Shown here in pieces: positions 23,370 to 37,418 of a stretch of 64,000 bases of DNA (its first letter is position 1; each line of letters opens with the position of its first letter). The stretch lies in assembly GCA_965112155.1 (NCBI GenBank), contig OZ218102.1. One strand, written 5' to 3'. The notes under the pieces were generated by a model. That model saw only the letters and a list, made by a program, of their open reading frames with translations. It was not told the origin of the DNA and searched no databases. This DNA comes from Podarcis liolepis (taxonomy: Eukaryota). The position numbers and the translations under genes were made by a program.

Positions 23370-26300
23370 GTATGAGAGCAGAACTTGCCCCTTCGTTACA
23401 TCCCTTTGAAACATGAAAATAAATTAAAATAAAATCAGCTTCAACTCTCTATTATATATTTCTTCAAAGGCCTGAAATATTGTGGCACTTTGCTCTGGTT
23501 TCAAACCTATCTGTGATTTGGCTGCGCATATATTTTTTCATAATAAGACTACAGTTGTTGCTTAAAAAAAAAGCTTATCGAGAAACCAGTCCCTATTATC
23601 ATTATGTAACATATGTGTGATTTATGAGGACAGCTGTATAAGGTGATTGTCTCTACCGTAAATCATCTCCATAGATAACAGTTCTCATCTTTATATCTTT
23701 TTCGCACTCTTTGCAGTGTCATTCTTGAATGTAATGGCAAATCTGGTTTTCTACTTCCTCATTGGGCTGGTCTATATCTCACTGACTTACATCTTGGTTA
23801 AGTATTAGGGAGAAACGCCTTGACGATTAAAAATTTGGTTTGACAATGGAACCATTACCTAAAGGTGTGGTGGGCCCTCCCACACTGAAAGTCTTTGAAG
23901 CAGATGCTGGACAACTGTCTGTTGAGGAAGCTGTCCTTCTGGATCTCCTTCATCAAGTGGGGACTGAATTGGATGGCCTGTCACATCCACACATATAGTT
24001 AAAGCACATTTGAACCACATGGATTCTTACAAAGAATCCAATGGGCTCCAGAAGGTTGCTGGCAATGGTAGCTTTGTGAGGAATAAACTGTAGTTTCCAG
24101 GATTCCCGGGGGGAGCCATGTTATTTCAGTGTGTTTTCAATGTGGAATGGCTTTAAAAGGGGATTAGACAAATTCATGGAAGATAAGGCTCTCAGTGGCT
24201 ACTAGTTTGATGGTTATTGCTCTGTCTCCATAGCCTGAAGACCACTTGCTGGAAACTACGGGATGGTAGAGTGCTCCTGCGCTTTGGCCTGACTTGTGGG
24301 TTTCCCACAGGCATCCGATTGGCCAGCTGAATGGAGGTTGCTGCTCAGCCTACAATTTCAGACAGGGGGCATTCCCAGCTGTACCTTGAGATGGCAGAGG
24401 TTGAACCAGAGACCCTCTGCATGCAGAGCAGATGCTTGGCCACTGAGCTATGGCCCTTCCCTCTATGAGGAGTAAAACATGAAATTCAGATAATGAAAAC
24501 ATATGGACAAGGGCGTTTTGGATAATGAGTTTTTCTATTTATGATCTTAAATTAAAGCCATCTTTAGTGATAGCCAGCAATTATGATGTCTTTAATTGCT
24601 AACATTATGGACATTTGCCACAATATAGAAAACTATTTTTAGATATGCCCAAGGGCTTACTTGCATCCTGTTTGTTTTTCTCCCCACCCCCCACCTGCTG
24701 CAACTGAGCCCAAGTGCACAGAAATTCACCTGAAAAACACATGGAAATTCACCTGGAAAAAATGCAGGTCCAAAGATCTGTTGCATGTTTGTCATTCAGT
24801 TCTCTGAATTGTGTTCAATACCTCTCCTCAGAATATTATTGTTAATAAAAACAAGAACAAAGCCTGTTTTTTTAGATGGACAGTGTGCCTTAAAATATGA
24901 TTGGGGCATAACTGAATAGCTAATAAAGCAATATTCTATTGAAAACTGTCTTCAGTTTTCCAATTCCCTCAAGGAAGCTAATGTGAGGTTCAATTAAACT
25001 GAATATTTGATAAGCAAGCAATGAAAAGAATATTTGATAAGCAAGCTTGCCAGCTGAAAAACAAAACCTAACAATGGGCCTTCTGGTTAGATAAAGTCTG
25101 TCAAAACATTTAAAAAGTGGAGATGGAAATTGTGGTGTATATGCATTTACATGGAGCAGAATAATCTTGTTGAGGAAATGAGTGCAATTTCTCCTTGGAC
25201 ATCTCACTGAGATTTCAGCTCTGCATGGCCAATCTTAACTTTTTATCCATTAAAAGGGGTGCAGAACCTCTTCAGCCCAGTGGGCTGGATCTTTAGCTCC
25301 CCCGCTCCCAATAGACAGCTTTAGCAGGTGGGTGGGGTCATCCACCAATCAATCACCACATATCATGGTGACCAGTTTTCCCTTTGCGTGCTGCTCATCC
25401 TCACTGACTTCAAACCTTGCTTTGAAAGTTTAAAAATAATAATAAAAGAATTAGAATGATAATTACAGAAGGAAAGACTGCCAAGATCAGGTTTGGGGGT
25501 GTGTGTTTTTCTCTCCACAGGAGGAGACATAGCAAAAAATGGGAGATACCAGGAGACAGTAATAAGTTTAAATTATGCAGTTGAAAAATAAGAAGAATAG
25601 GTGCAAGTATTTTTAAAATAAAGAACTGAAGAGTGTGAAGTGCACACAAGTAAACTTTATAAACACTCCCTGGCTGTGTTGTATAGTGCAACAAACCACA
25701 TGTGTCAGGGACAAGACATAGGAATTTCACACCAATAACTCATATTGGTAATATTTCATGGAGATAGCAGAAAGATTCACAACAAAATAAACCCAACTCA
25801 TGCAATGATATAAATTAAAGTAAATGGACTACCCAAAAGACAAACAAAAACAAATTCAACATGAAGATGCTGCTTCTCCATGCTGAATGCATCATGCCGA
25901 TGGAGTCTGAGTAGATGCATTACCAGAACTATTTTCATATTTATTCAGCCATAGCAGTCAAGCAGGCAACCATGTCCTCTGACAGGAGTTCTAGTTTGTT
26001 GCTGCACTGCCTGGTGCATATCTAAAGGGCACCATGGTTATTTTATAGCTTAAGGTCTTCTCAAACCTTTTCATCGCTACACACTCTTTCATAATGCAGT
26101 ATCTCAGCAGCTTCTCTGTCTCTTTCCCCTCAGTACAGGAACATCCAGAGTCTTTTCCTTCCCCCACACTCCCCTTTTGACAACCGAGGAGTTTGATCAC
26201 CTGGCAAATGTAGGCGTAAGCTACAGACACCAGAAGAACAACCAACACCATCTGAGCAATCGTATCACTTGCAGATGATGAGGATGCCGTTTGGCAACTT

Positions 26301-27136
26301 GGTTTTCTGGCCCAATTGGAGACGGTGCCTCGTGTGATTGGGCAGATGGTCATCCAGGCATTGGCTAAAAGGGGTGACTTCCTCTTGAGCCAGCACATCG
26401 TTGGATTCCCAGCATTGGCACAGCAATCATGGCTGCTGAGCTGCTGTTCCACTTGGCCTTAACATGGTGTAGCTGTACTCTGCAAGCTACTTTACCCATA
26501 GTGCCAGGATAAAGTCAGGGACAAAGGCTTGGAAAAGACCCTTAGGCAGCAATGTACAGAATGTTAATCGGCACAGCTAGGAATAGCGGCGCTTTCCTGC
26601 AGTACTGCTCCTTGATCATTAAGGATGTGTCGGGAACATTTGCCCAGTGGATGAGGATTTCTCACTGTCAGTGAAAATCGATCCATAGGATTGGGCTACC
26701 TACCACCAGCCTGTCCATGAAAACTGTAACATCCCAGATATCACCGTGCAAGGCCAGTTGGCATTAAATTCCGGTGCGGTAATAGGCAGCATTGTAGTTC
26801 GGCACCTATAATCCCATGTTTAGATATCCGCATTTCCCCTGCAAACAATCTGAATAATGAATCAAATGGTCTCAGCAGTAATTGGATCTTTTTCTGTGTA
26901 ATTAGCCATTTCCCACCCTGCATTATAATTTTAAGTAGTATGGCTGAATTGAGCAACTCGCGAAATGAGTCATTATGTGAAGGCTTTTAGGGAAGTTATT
27001 TCTGGAGGTCTTGCTATGGAGGCTAAAATCTGTCTAAATTAAAAGAACTGACAAGCAGCAATCAAGGCTGCAAAATAAAGGTGCTCAGTAAGCAGCCCTA
27101 TTACAATCAGAAAGAAAGGGGAAGCAGATCCCTGTC

Positions 27137-27396
27137 NNNNNNNNNNNNNNNNNNNNNNNNNNNNNNNNNNNNNNNNNNNNNNNNNNNNNNNNNNNNNNNN
27201 NNNNNNNNNNNNNNNNNNNNNNNNNNNNNNNNNNNNNNNNNNNNNNNNNNNNNNNNNNNNNNNNNNNNNNNNNNNNNNNNNNNNNNNNNNNNNNNNNNNN
27301 NNNNNNNNNNNNNNNNNNNNNNNNNNNNNNNNNNNNNNNNNNNNNNNNNNNNNNNNNNNNNNNNNNNNNNNNNNNNNNNNNNNNNNNNNNNNNNNN
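27137..27396. other. Assembly gap (N run)
   Basis: 260 consecutive N. Confidence 0.99.
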
Positions 27397-28899
27397 TATA
27401 GTGCCTTCTTTTCCTGAACTATTGACCCACTGGTACATAAAAAAGATTATTTTTATGACTAATATAACTTGTGCAGATAGGTTTAACTCTTTCTTGATTG
27501 GTCATTGCACTCCTATTTATTTATTTATTTATCTAGTGAAAAACAACAACCAGATATTGTGAATAATGGCTTTAACAACCGTTCATGATTTGCATGAATC
27601 ATCTCTTTAGGGGATATTTATTTCACGTGTTGAATGCCTAAAATAAGTTTTTAAAATGTAACAATCCTTATGCAGGCTTATTTATTACCTCTTTTTAAAA
27701 TTCTCCCATTTCTCCTGAGGAGCAAAAGAGAAGGTGTATAGTTATACACCCTTCCCTTTTATACTTATATCAACCAGTGATATGGTAAATTTTGAAGTGC
27801 AAGAGCTCATCACGACAGTTTCCACTAAGTCAAGCGTACCCCACCAGCTATGGCTGGCAGCCTATTGAAGACTCAAGAAACCTGCTTTTTTTGCTGCCTG
27901 AGTTAGCAAAAAACAAGACACACAAAAACTAAACATTCTGTTTGATTCTGGGAAAAGGTCTTAAACTTCCCTGCAAGGAGCATTTAAATTCTGGGTTCAA
28001 CCACAGCTTTCTTTTCACTGACTCACTCGTAAGGTCTCTCTATGCGTGATGAACCAAGGGTCAAACTGTTTGATCATGGGAAATCAAAATAACATAGCAA
28101 TCAATGAAATGAACATATTCTAGTTTTTATTTATAGATTCATATTTAGCATTGCAGTTTGCATTCTGCTTTTTACCAACTTTTAAAAAGAGATTAAATGC
28201 ATTAGTCAATCAAAAAACAACAACAACACAAAAAAAACAAAAACCCAAGGAGCCTATAATGGCACTTTGAGAGGATGGACAATTATTAATTAGGTAACAC
28301 CTATCATTCTGCTATTGCTGCTACTTGTGCAATAGATGCATTTTACACTAAAGAGTATACAGTGTGGCGTTATTCTAGTATTATGAAGAGGAGAAATGGG
28401 AGTAGCAGTAGTTTTTAATGCCTAGGTTATTGCCAAATCTGCAAACACTCCTTTTGCAGATGCAAGGGTGAACAAAAGATGAATGGCCCACTCTGTCAGC
28501 GAGTACTTTTTGCTAATTGATCGCATTTCCATTTTAATTAAAAAGCCTGCACTCAGAGTGGGTGGGATCACAAGATGTCATCAGCTCTGTTTTCCTTAAT
28601 CATGGAAGGTGAATGGAAAATTTGAAGTGCCTGCAATCTCACCGGCTCTGAATACAGCTTGTTGCTTTGACCACTGCTTGTCCCACCTATATAGAGTGGC
28701 ATTCTGAATGATAAGAGGTGGAATGTGTTTTAATGTGAAATAAACACTAGCCAGCTGATTACTTTCTTTTACTGAGCATCCCAGCTGGTCTCTAAGGCAT
28801 ATCTTTAGAAAGCACATCCTAGCATCATATCCCCCCCTCCCCACTTTACCTGAGCAACCCACAGGTCTACCAGCAAGGCCAATATCACTATATCTAGAT

Positions 28900-29148
28900 C
28901 AGGGGTCAGCAAACTTTTTCAGCAGGGGGCTGGTCCACTGTCTCTCAGACCTTGTGGGGGGCCGGACTATATTTTGGAAAAAATGTGAACACATTCTTAT
29001 GCCCCACAAATCACCCAGAGATGCATTTTAAATAAAAGGACACATTCTACTCATGTAAAAACACGCTGATTCCCGAACCGTCCATGGGCCGGATTTAGAA
29101 GGCGATTGGGCTGGATCCAGCCCCCGGGCCTTAGTTTCCCTACCCATG
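28900..29148. mobile_element. hAT (Charlie-like) MITE
   Basis: 8-bp TSD ATCTAGAT on both sides; CAGGGGTCAGCAAAC / GTTTCCCTACCCATG imperfect TIRs. Confidence 0.85.
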
Positions 29149-30735
29149 ATCTAGATCCTATGTGATAGATGCAAAGAACAATTATTTCAAGGCAATAGGC
29201 ATCCAGTAGAGTAATATTTCTGTCTCCACACCCCTTTTTTTAAAAAAGCTAGAAGCGTACAGTGTTAGAGAGAATCAGTTAGTTCCCAGATGGAGGAGAT
29301 ATTATGGGGGGTGGGGGAGTGAAAACAGGATCTTCTCCACGTAACAAGGGGGGGGAAGCAATCCAACAAAAGTCCCAAGTACCAAAAATCCGTAAGAAGA
29401 ATCTGGAAACTTACCAATATGAACAAACTGGACATTGTCCTGATAGTTTTTGGATAGGATGGCCAATTCTACATTTTCCCTGACAATCTGATAAGTAACC
29501 TCACGTGTTGAAACTGGAAATGTTAATTTAATACACATGCAGAATTGATTGATGGATAGTTGTCTGGAAATGAATTAAGTCCAAAAGCAAATATATTGTA
29601 AAGTAAGGTCATCTGTAAGGTTTGAAGATAAACTATAATTAATTGAGGAATATGATGCAGCACTAAAGAGAACCGTGGACAAATCTGCGGGAAGCCAGAT
29701 TTGGAGACATGTTAAATTGTTTAAATTTAAATTGTTAAATTGGAGAAAATTGTTTAAATTTAAATTGTTAAATTGGAGAAAATTGTTAAATTTGTCTTAA
29801 TTTAATTTGTTTTAATTAGTGACCAATTTGTAAAAACTTGAAAATCAATAAAAAAGTTTTGTTTAAAAAACAGACACACACATTTTCGTGCAAATATGAA
29901 ATACATCATCAATAGAAAGAGGACAAAATGTACATTTGCTAATTTATATGTCTAGGTGCACATTTTGAAACTTTACCATGATTAAAATAGAAATATAGTA
30001 CATCTGACCATATTGGAGAAGACTGATGACCTGTGTCCCTGCTCAATCTGCTGTCCAGGTGGGAATTGCATTCGAATGTAAGTAAATGTAAGCAAGCAAA
30101 TAAGGAGGAACTGAAAAAAGCAGGCATACTTATCTACTTATCTACAATTTGGTTGGTGTACAAAAGGCTGAAGAATGGAGAGAAATGTTTCTCGAACATT
30201 CTTGACAACCAAAAGCCACTAGCAGAAGGTATCTTCAGAAGGTGTCTGTTATTCCAGGAGGAAGAGATGTATGTGAAAATCAGGACTTCATGGGAGACAT
30301 CCCATTTAGTAAAAAAGTGGACACATATGCTTATTAGTCCCATTTAAGGGTTTTTAAGCAATGTATAAAATTTTATGGGGAAAATTAAAAACAATTATCT
30401 GAAGTAATTCCATGGATCCATGCTGCCAGGGCCCTGCATTCCAAAGCAGAACCTATATATTTAATCATACACAATTTTATGTATATACAATACATGTATA
30501 CATGATGATATATGGCTACCAGTTATACTTGTGGAAGATGGTCTTGAGAGATATCTCCTGCAAATGCTGGTTACCAAATCCTCTTCTATTTCCCCACTCC
30601 ACTCCATGTTACCTGAAATAGGGGAAACCATCTCTCTGGTGCAATTAAGTCTAACTGGCTTTGCTACTTTTTCTCAGCAGACATAATGGAAGGAAAACTG
30701 AGGCTGATCTCTCAAGCAAGCAAAGGATTCCCTCT

Positions 30736-31420
30736 GAGAGCCAGTGTGGTGTAGTGGTTAAGAGCGATAGACTTGTAATCTGGTGAACCGGGTTCACGTC
30801 TCCACTCCTCCAGATGCAGCTGCTGGGTGACCTTGGGCTGGTCACACTTCTTTGAAGTCTCTCAGCCTCACTCACCTCACAGAGTGTTTGTTGTGGCGGA
30901 GGAAGGGAAAGGAGTTTGTGAGCTGCTTTGAGACTCCTTAAAGGTAAAGGGACCCCTGACCATTAGGTCCATTCGTGACCGACTCTGGGGTTGTGGCGCT
31001 CATCTCGCTTTATTGGCCAAGGGAGCTGGCGTACAGCTTCCAGGTCATGTGGCCAGCATGACTAAGCTGCTTCCGGCGAACCAGAGCAGCGCACAGACAT
31101 AACATTTACCTTCTGGCCGGAGCAGTACCTATTTATCTACTTGTACTGCATGCTTTCAAACTGCTAGGTTGGCAGGAGCAGGGACCGAGCAACGGGAGCT
31201 CACCCTGTCACGGGGATTCGAACCGACGACCTTCTGATCGGCAAGTCCTAGACTCTGTGGTTTAACCCACAGTGCCACCCGTGTCCTCTTGAGACTCCTT
31301 AGGGTATTGATAAAGCAGGATATCAAATCCAAACAACTCCTCCTCCTCCTCCTCCTCCTCCTCCTCCTCCTCCTCCTCTTCTTCTTCTTCTTCTTCTTCT
31401 TCTTCTTCTTCTTCTTCTTC
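30736..31420 (+). mobile_element. CORE-SINE (Squam3/Ther1-derived type) with (TCC)n(TTC)n tail, interrupted by a Sauria SINE
   Basis: tRNA-like head GCCAGTGTGGTGTAGTGGTTAAGAG; CORE GGGTGACCTTGGGC; microsatellite tail about 31337-31420. Confidence 0.75.
30941..31288 (-). mobile_element. Sauria SINE
   Basis: 13-bp TSD TTGAGACTCCTTA (30928-30940, 31289-31301); box B GGTTCGAATCCC on minus strand; ACCTTT-type tail. Confidence 0.85.
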
Positions 31421-33013
31421 TCTGCTTAGTGAAATGATCCAGTGTATTTATGGATATAGTAGCACAGGTTGAGAGGTCTTGTGTCTTAGGAGCTCTTGAT
31501 ATATGGTTCTTTTAGGAACGTTCAGCCTTGTTTTAGGGAACCAACTTTCTAATTATTTTCGAGTGTGTTTGGCATCCAAGTGGGTACCGAATTGTGATAC
31601 TTGCCCAGTCAGCTTCCTGCAGGCTTCTTCCCAAGCATCCTAAAACCAATTTCCAGTATGGCACCACCACCACAACCCACCTGGGACTGAGATTGGCAAG
31701 AAGTGAAAACTTTTCAATGTGCATCTGCTCGGTCCATGTATGCTGTCTTGATGGGACTTGTCAGGACACATTGGCTGTGTGCAGTCAGGCCGAAGATTTC
31801 CTACTGGCTGGGGCCGAGTCATTTGCCAGGCTCTCCTTGTCAGGGAGAGTTAAACCAGTCACTGATCCTAATTCTAACACTGTTTGTTTCAGCATTCCAA
31901 TTTTTAATCGCTACATGACTTGTCAGGTTGAATACAACCTGCATGGATAAAATTAAAAAATCTTCTAATAATAAGAGCATACAAGATTGCCGGCTCTAAA
32001 ATCTGTTGCAATTGTACTGTGTTAAATAATACATAAAACATGGGTTTCCTTTTTTATTTTGTAATTTTTGTCCTCCTTCAATTTCCCAAGAAGCCTCTTT
32101 TGACATTTCAGTAGAAGGAAGTACATGTCCCAAATAAATCACAGTCTTAGTGAAGCTAATCTCACTTCGTTTCATAATTGATCCAAAATTCTGCCCTTCC
32201 CTGTGTATGTTGACAAATGGTCAGTTATTGAGTAAAAGCTGGGGTTCCCAAACTTGAAAATAACAATAATGCGAGACCATGACAATCCCTTCATGAAGGG
32301 ACTCTTTCTGAAGAGTGACCTCTCTATACCCATAGTGGGTACCAGTTTTCTCCTTCTGCCTTACTTCCTCAGTCCACATGCTGTTACACTTGCTTGTGAT
32401 GCAAGCAGCTCTGAAAGGGTTTCTGACTTCTCAACCCTTAGGTCATTAAGCATTCTCAGTCCTCATTGGACTGTTTTTCTTTCTTTGTGTGCCTGTGTGC
32501 ATGCCCCTTTAGGAATTTTTCTCATAAAGGTTTCTTTCTGTTTCTAAAAACTTTGGGGTTTCCCAAAGCCTACTGATGCCTCGTTCTTGTGATACCTCTT
32601 TCTTTTTTGCCTATACACTGGGGAAATGGGTTATTAGTATATGATCACAACGTTAACCTTAAACAAATTAAAATTAGGAAGTTTAAGAAAAAATCTAATA
32701 CATTGGCATTGGTATGATTTTTCCAGGAAGAAGAAAACTGATCTTTTTCATTTTAGCTTGTGGCAATAATGGGAGGGCCATACTCCGAGATTTACAGACG
32801 TCTCAGGTGGAATCTACACACATATAAAAACCATTCTGAAAATGCTTTTTTAAAAAGGTGTTTTTAAAAATACATTGAATTTTCCATAAGGCTCAGCATT
32901 GCCATCTAGTGTCACATAGTATATTGCACTTAAAACACACTTAAAATGTTTTATTTGCAGCTGTATAGCTGAGTCCTCAGCCTTTCCTTTCATAGTTACA
33001 CCTTTAATATCCT

Positions 33014-33050
<37 letters not shown>

Positions 33051-34258
33051 CACATGCAAGTTCAGGGCTTCTTACTGCAATTCATTCTCACCTTGCCTGG
33101 CAAGTTTCCAACATTAACAGATCATTGTTGCATTGGTAACCCATGACAGACTCATCCTATACCATTCCAGTCCACATTCATAATTGGCCAACGTTGTTTA
33201 ATAGAAATCATCAAAAGATAAATGATCAAAAGATAGATATATTGCCAACCTCTGATCAGGATATTCAGCCTGGCATTGCCAGCACACATGGCCAGGAGTT
33301 GCCAGCATCACACATGCAAGTGGGTTTGGGGCCCTCTGTTTTCTCCCCACCTTGACTTGTGCCATGCCTCTTCACTGCACAGTTATGGCCGCAGTTACAA
33401 AGTTGTCCATCCTTACTATATATAGCCTGTGCTGAGGTTCTGTAGAACAAATATTCTATAGAACAATCATCCGTTACAAACAAAAAGAAATCTCCAGAGG
33501 ACTTGGAAGCATATTCTGGACCCATGCACCTCTCCCACCCCCTTTTCTTGTTACTTGATTCACTGGAGGACACACATCAATGAGAAAAAGGCAGCCGGGC
33601 CATCTGTCTTCTTTCCTTGCATACACCTGGAAAAGCAGTGCCTTCCTTGTTACCAATTTATTGTTAAATGCCTAATGTCAGAGCTGGTTATTTGGAAACT
33701 GAGATACCTGACCCATTCCAAAGCAGCAGCTTGATACATATGCACTGACACTCCCCACCTACATGACAAAGTATGGTTAGGGCAGATGTGCCTCCTGCTA
33801 CAAGTTCCCAGTTGCTGACAAACCAATCAATATCCAGTAGTCTCTGGGTCCTCAGCTGCAATTGAACTAATTTGCCATCTTCATCTGCTGTGTGAACGAA
33901 GTGAATTAACATACCACAGGACTCCATGGGATCAAATGAGGAAGACTTTGAAAAGGGTTTGCCAATATCACACTGTTTTTAAAGCCATGAAAATACCTCG
34001 AGCCTTTACTTGGCTCAACAGCCCCTGGTTCCATGGGAGGTATGTGAATTAGGGCAACCCTAGCATAGGAAGGGGCCGCTTTGTGGGTTCTTCCTAAACA
34101 CTCTCACTATATATGTTAAATGACCACTGAAATTTAGGAGGGGCACATTGCAGTAGTTCCTATCCTGTAAATTTATTAGGCCAAACATAGAATGAATGGA
34201 CATCATCATCATCATCATTTTATTTGTTTGCCACCTTTCCATAGTTATCCCCCTTAAT

Positions 34259-34855
34259 GAGCTGGAAAGTGTGCAGAGGAGAGCGACCAAGATGATCAAG
34301 GGTATGTCAATCAAGCCTAATGAGGAAGGGTCGAGGGAGCTGGGTATGTTTAACCTGGAGAAGAGGAAACTGAGAGGAGATATGATAGCTATCTTCGCAT
34401 GGCTATCACACAGAAGATGGAGCAAGCTTGTTTTCTCCTTTTCCAGAGGGCAGCACCCAAACCAACGGCTTCAAGTTATAAAAAAGGAGATTCCAACTAA
34501 ACATCAGGAAGAACCTTCTGGCAGTAAGAGCTGTTTGACAGTTGAACGGACTCCATTAGAAGGTGGTGGACAGTGGCGTAGCGTGGGGGGTGCAGGGGGG
34601 GCCGGCCGCACCGGGCGCAACATCTGGGGATTAGGGTTAGGGGGCAGAAATCCACGGGTTAGGGGGCGCAAATTACTTGCCTTGCCCCGGGTGCTGACAA
34701 CCCACGCTACGCCACTGGTGGTGGATTCTCCCATTGGAGGTTTATAAGCAGAGGTTGGATGGCCATTTGGCATGGATGTTTTAGTTGAGATTCCTGCACT
34801 GCAGGGGGCTGGACTAGATTACTCTTGGGGTCCATTCCAACTCTATTATTCTATG
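34259..34855 (+). mobile_element. CR1 LINE 3' fragment
   Basis: Translation ELESVQRRATKMIKG..RELGMFNLEKRKLRGDMI matches the CR1 ORF2 C-terminus; ends TTCCAACTCTATTATTCTATGA. Confidence 0.85.
34571..34717. mobile_element. hAT MITE nested in CR1
   Basis: 17-bp perfect TIR CAGTGGCGTAGCGTGGG; 8-bp TSD GTGGTGGA. Confidence 0.9.
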
Positions 34856-35607
34856 AAACCAGTAGGGGCCTTTTTGGTTAGATACAGGGGGCTGGTGCCC
34901 CTAGTATTTCTCCTTTCACAGTCTCTCTCATGATTGTTTTGGATCTAGAAAGCTTGGCCATGTGTTTGTGTATGAAGGTGAAAAGGACAGGTGCTATTGT
35001 ACCTGACAGACATTTTGTGATTTCCCCCCACCCCACAGCACAAAAACATTAGTAGAAATGGAATGTCATAAATAATTTTGCTAATACATCCATGCTCGGT
35101 AAAAAATGTTATTTTATAGTCACACTGAAAACTCTTTGTGTATCTGGAAATTATCCATCAAGAGGCAGAAATACCATATGACTTAGATGACTAATCACAC
35201 AGTATGAACTCCTAATTAGAAGAAGTTTATACTCAAAGTAGCAGTCTCTGTGAACAGCTTCCAAGCAATCCATATGCTAAAATATGTTTGCATAAACCAT
35301 CTTATCAAAAACCTTCAGAATACTTTTTTTAAAACCTACAAAAACACTCCACAAGAACAGAAATAAAGTTTTCAATTTTTGGTGTGAAACCAGGAGCTAC
35401 AAGTAATTCCACCAGCTCTAAGCTACAGGAACATTATTCATCATGATACAGTAATATTTGCGGTTATCACTTATTTTCAAATGTGATATTGCTCCTTTTG
35501 AAACAAACGAACAAGGAAATAAACAAACAGGACACAATCAAATGAACTGGACAATTCCTATGTAAATTAAGCATACATTGATTATTTTCCTTTATTTGTA
35601 TTTTGCA

Positions 35608-36388
35608 TGTTCAGACCCAGAGACCTCCCCCTTAAATAAAGACACAGTTGACTCAAATTTTAGTTTTGGTTTTTGGCAGAATTTAGGCCACAACTTTACT
35701 GATTACAGAAAAGTGAGTGGTTGCATAGGCTCTGGTTCAACTAGCTCCCTACACCCTTGCAGGTAGTGCTGACCCAGTGCTCTATCAGAGGTCAGCCAAG
35801 GGTGGACACCTGAGGAAGTTGAAAAGCCTGGGAACAGACTCTGTTCACTTCCCAGATGCTCCCCTGGACTCAGGCACGGGCACAACTCCCTTTCGGGGGT
35901 TGACCAAACCAAGTTGAGTCCCTGGATTCCTTTAACGGAATACCTTTCACATAGGGATGGCGAGAGCGTTCTCCCATCCCTATCACCTGAACCAGAGCCT
36001 ATCTGCAACCTTACAAGTTGTGATGAATTGATACGCGGCAGGCGAAACCCAAACGGCAACAGCAAATTAGCCAAGTGGGGAAATTCCTGCAATGTGTCCC
36101 AATGACAGACGACACACGACGGCATAGCATGGTCAAGCACAAAGCCCTAAAAGTAGGGAGAGGCGGGCAGGTGTTCCGATGCACAAGCCGAAAGAGGAAG
36201 CTCTGGGTCACGTGCATGGGTTTAGATAGGTCCCTCGATCGTTTTACACTGCACCCATTGGCCAGATTACACCCAGCAACGATGGACCTATCAGTCGGGT
36301 GTTGTGACTATCCAATAGACCCACCCACAACCAGGAGGTCAGTCTCCAGGTCTCACTGCAACGCGTGCCCTCTTTTAAGGAGGACACA
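35608..36388 (-). mobile_element. Possible solo LTR or other insertion
   Basis: Abrupt GC/CpG-richer block with TG...CA ends; no clean TSD found; strand tentative. Confidence 0.3.
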
Positions 36389-37280
36389 ATTTGCTGCATT
36401 ATGCATTTTTTTTTTTTTTTTGCTTAAGCTGAATGACTCAATTATTTGATTGCAACCTGCTGGACAAAAGGTGGACCTCTTCAGGATTTTTCATCCTTGC
36501 TATCATCGTAATACAACAATCTCTGCCAAAACTCTATGCAACTCTAGTCAACTCCATTTTTGCTTTAGAATCAATAGTGTCGAGATGTGAGGGCAGAAGT
36601 GATATGAAAAGAAATGTTAATCTGAAGCTGAAGGGAAGATTGTGTATAATTGTTAGAAATGGAAATGGCTTGATGTGATTGCCACATTTTTCACTCTTGC
36701 AATTAAATGGATGCAGAAAGATGTGCCATTGTTATGTTCATGTTTTGATCTCATCAGTTATCTCTCTCTGCACATCAACACCCTTTGCTGCTGATTCAAA
36801 ACCTGCCGTCCTTTTTCTGGAAAGCATTTTTTCTGCGAAAGAAGCTTCCATCTTTCTGTCTCTTTTTCAGGGCACCTCAGAGTTTCTTTAAAAGATTGAT
36901 GATTGTAGAACTTAGCTTACCTGTGGTGGTTGTGGGTGGTGGGTTTGTTCCACACTCCCTCAGTCCTCTGACATTCCTCCAGTGTTTTGCAGCCTCCCTC
37001 CCTGCCTGTGCCTCTGTCACATCTTTCCTTTTATCTTACCTTAAAAATGCTTCCACACTGATTTCTTTAAATATCCTAAGTTTCTTCACTTAAAAATGAC
37101 AAATCTATTAGGTGCACAGTTCCAACCTCCACATCTTCCTGTGTGTACGAGAAAACCCTGCTGCGGTCATGCGCTTTCCAAGAACTGAAGGCACTTAGGA
37201 GGGTGACAAGACCATCTTTAGTATGAATTGAAATAAAATACACAAAGCATCTCTTGGACACACTGAATGTAAGGTAAAGG

Positions 37281-37418
37281 CAGTGATTTTTTTCTTTAAA
37301 AAATGTTTAGGGGTACTCTCATTTTCCTACTCATATTGAAATACGGCCCCTCAATGAGGACAAACTTAGATTCACAAAATGTTTAGGGGTATGCGTACCC
37401 CCAGGAAAAAAAACACTG
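37281..37418. mobile_element. hAT MITE
   Basis: 8-bp TSD GGTAAAGG; CAGTGATTTTTTTC / GAAAAAAAACACTG TIRs. Confidence 0.85.

Noticed and set aside
29711-29790. 33-bp AT-rich tandem duplication as a CRISPR-like array
   Set aside because: Two units with no spacers, in a eukaryotic LINE-tail-like context
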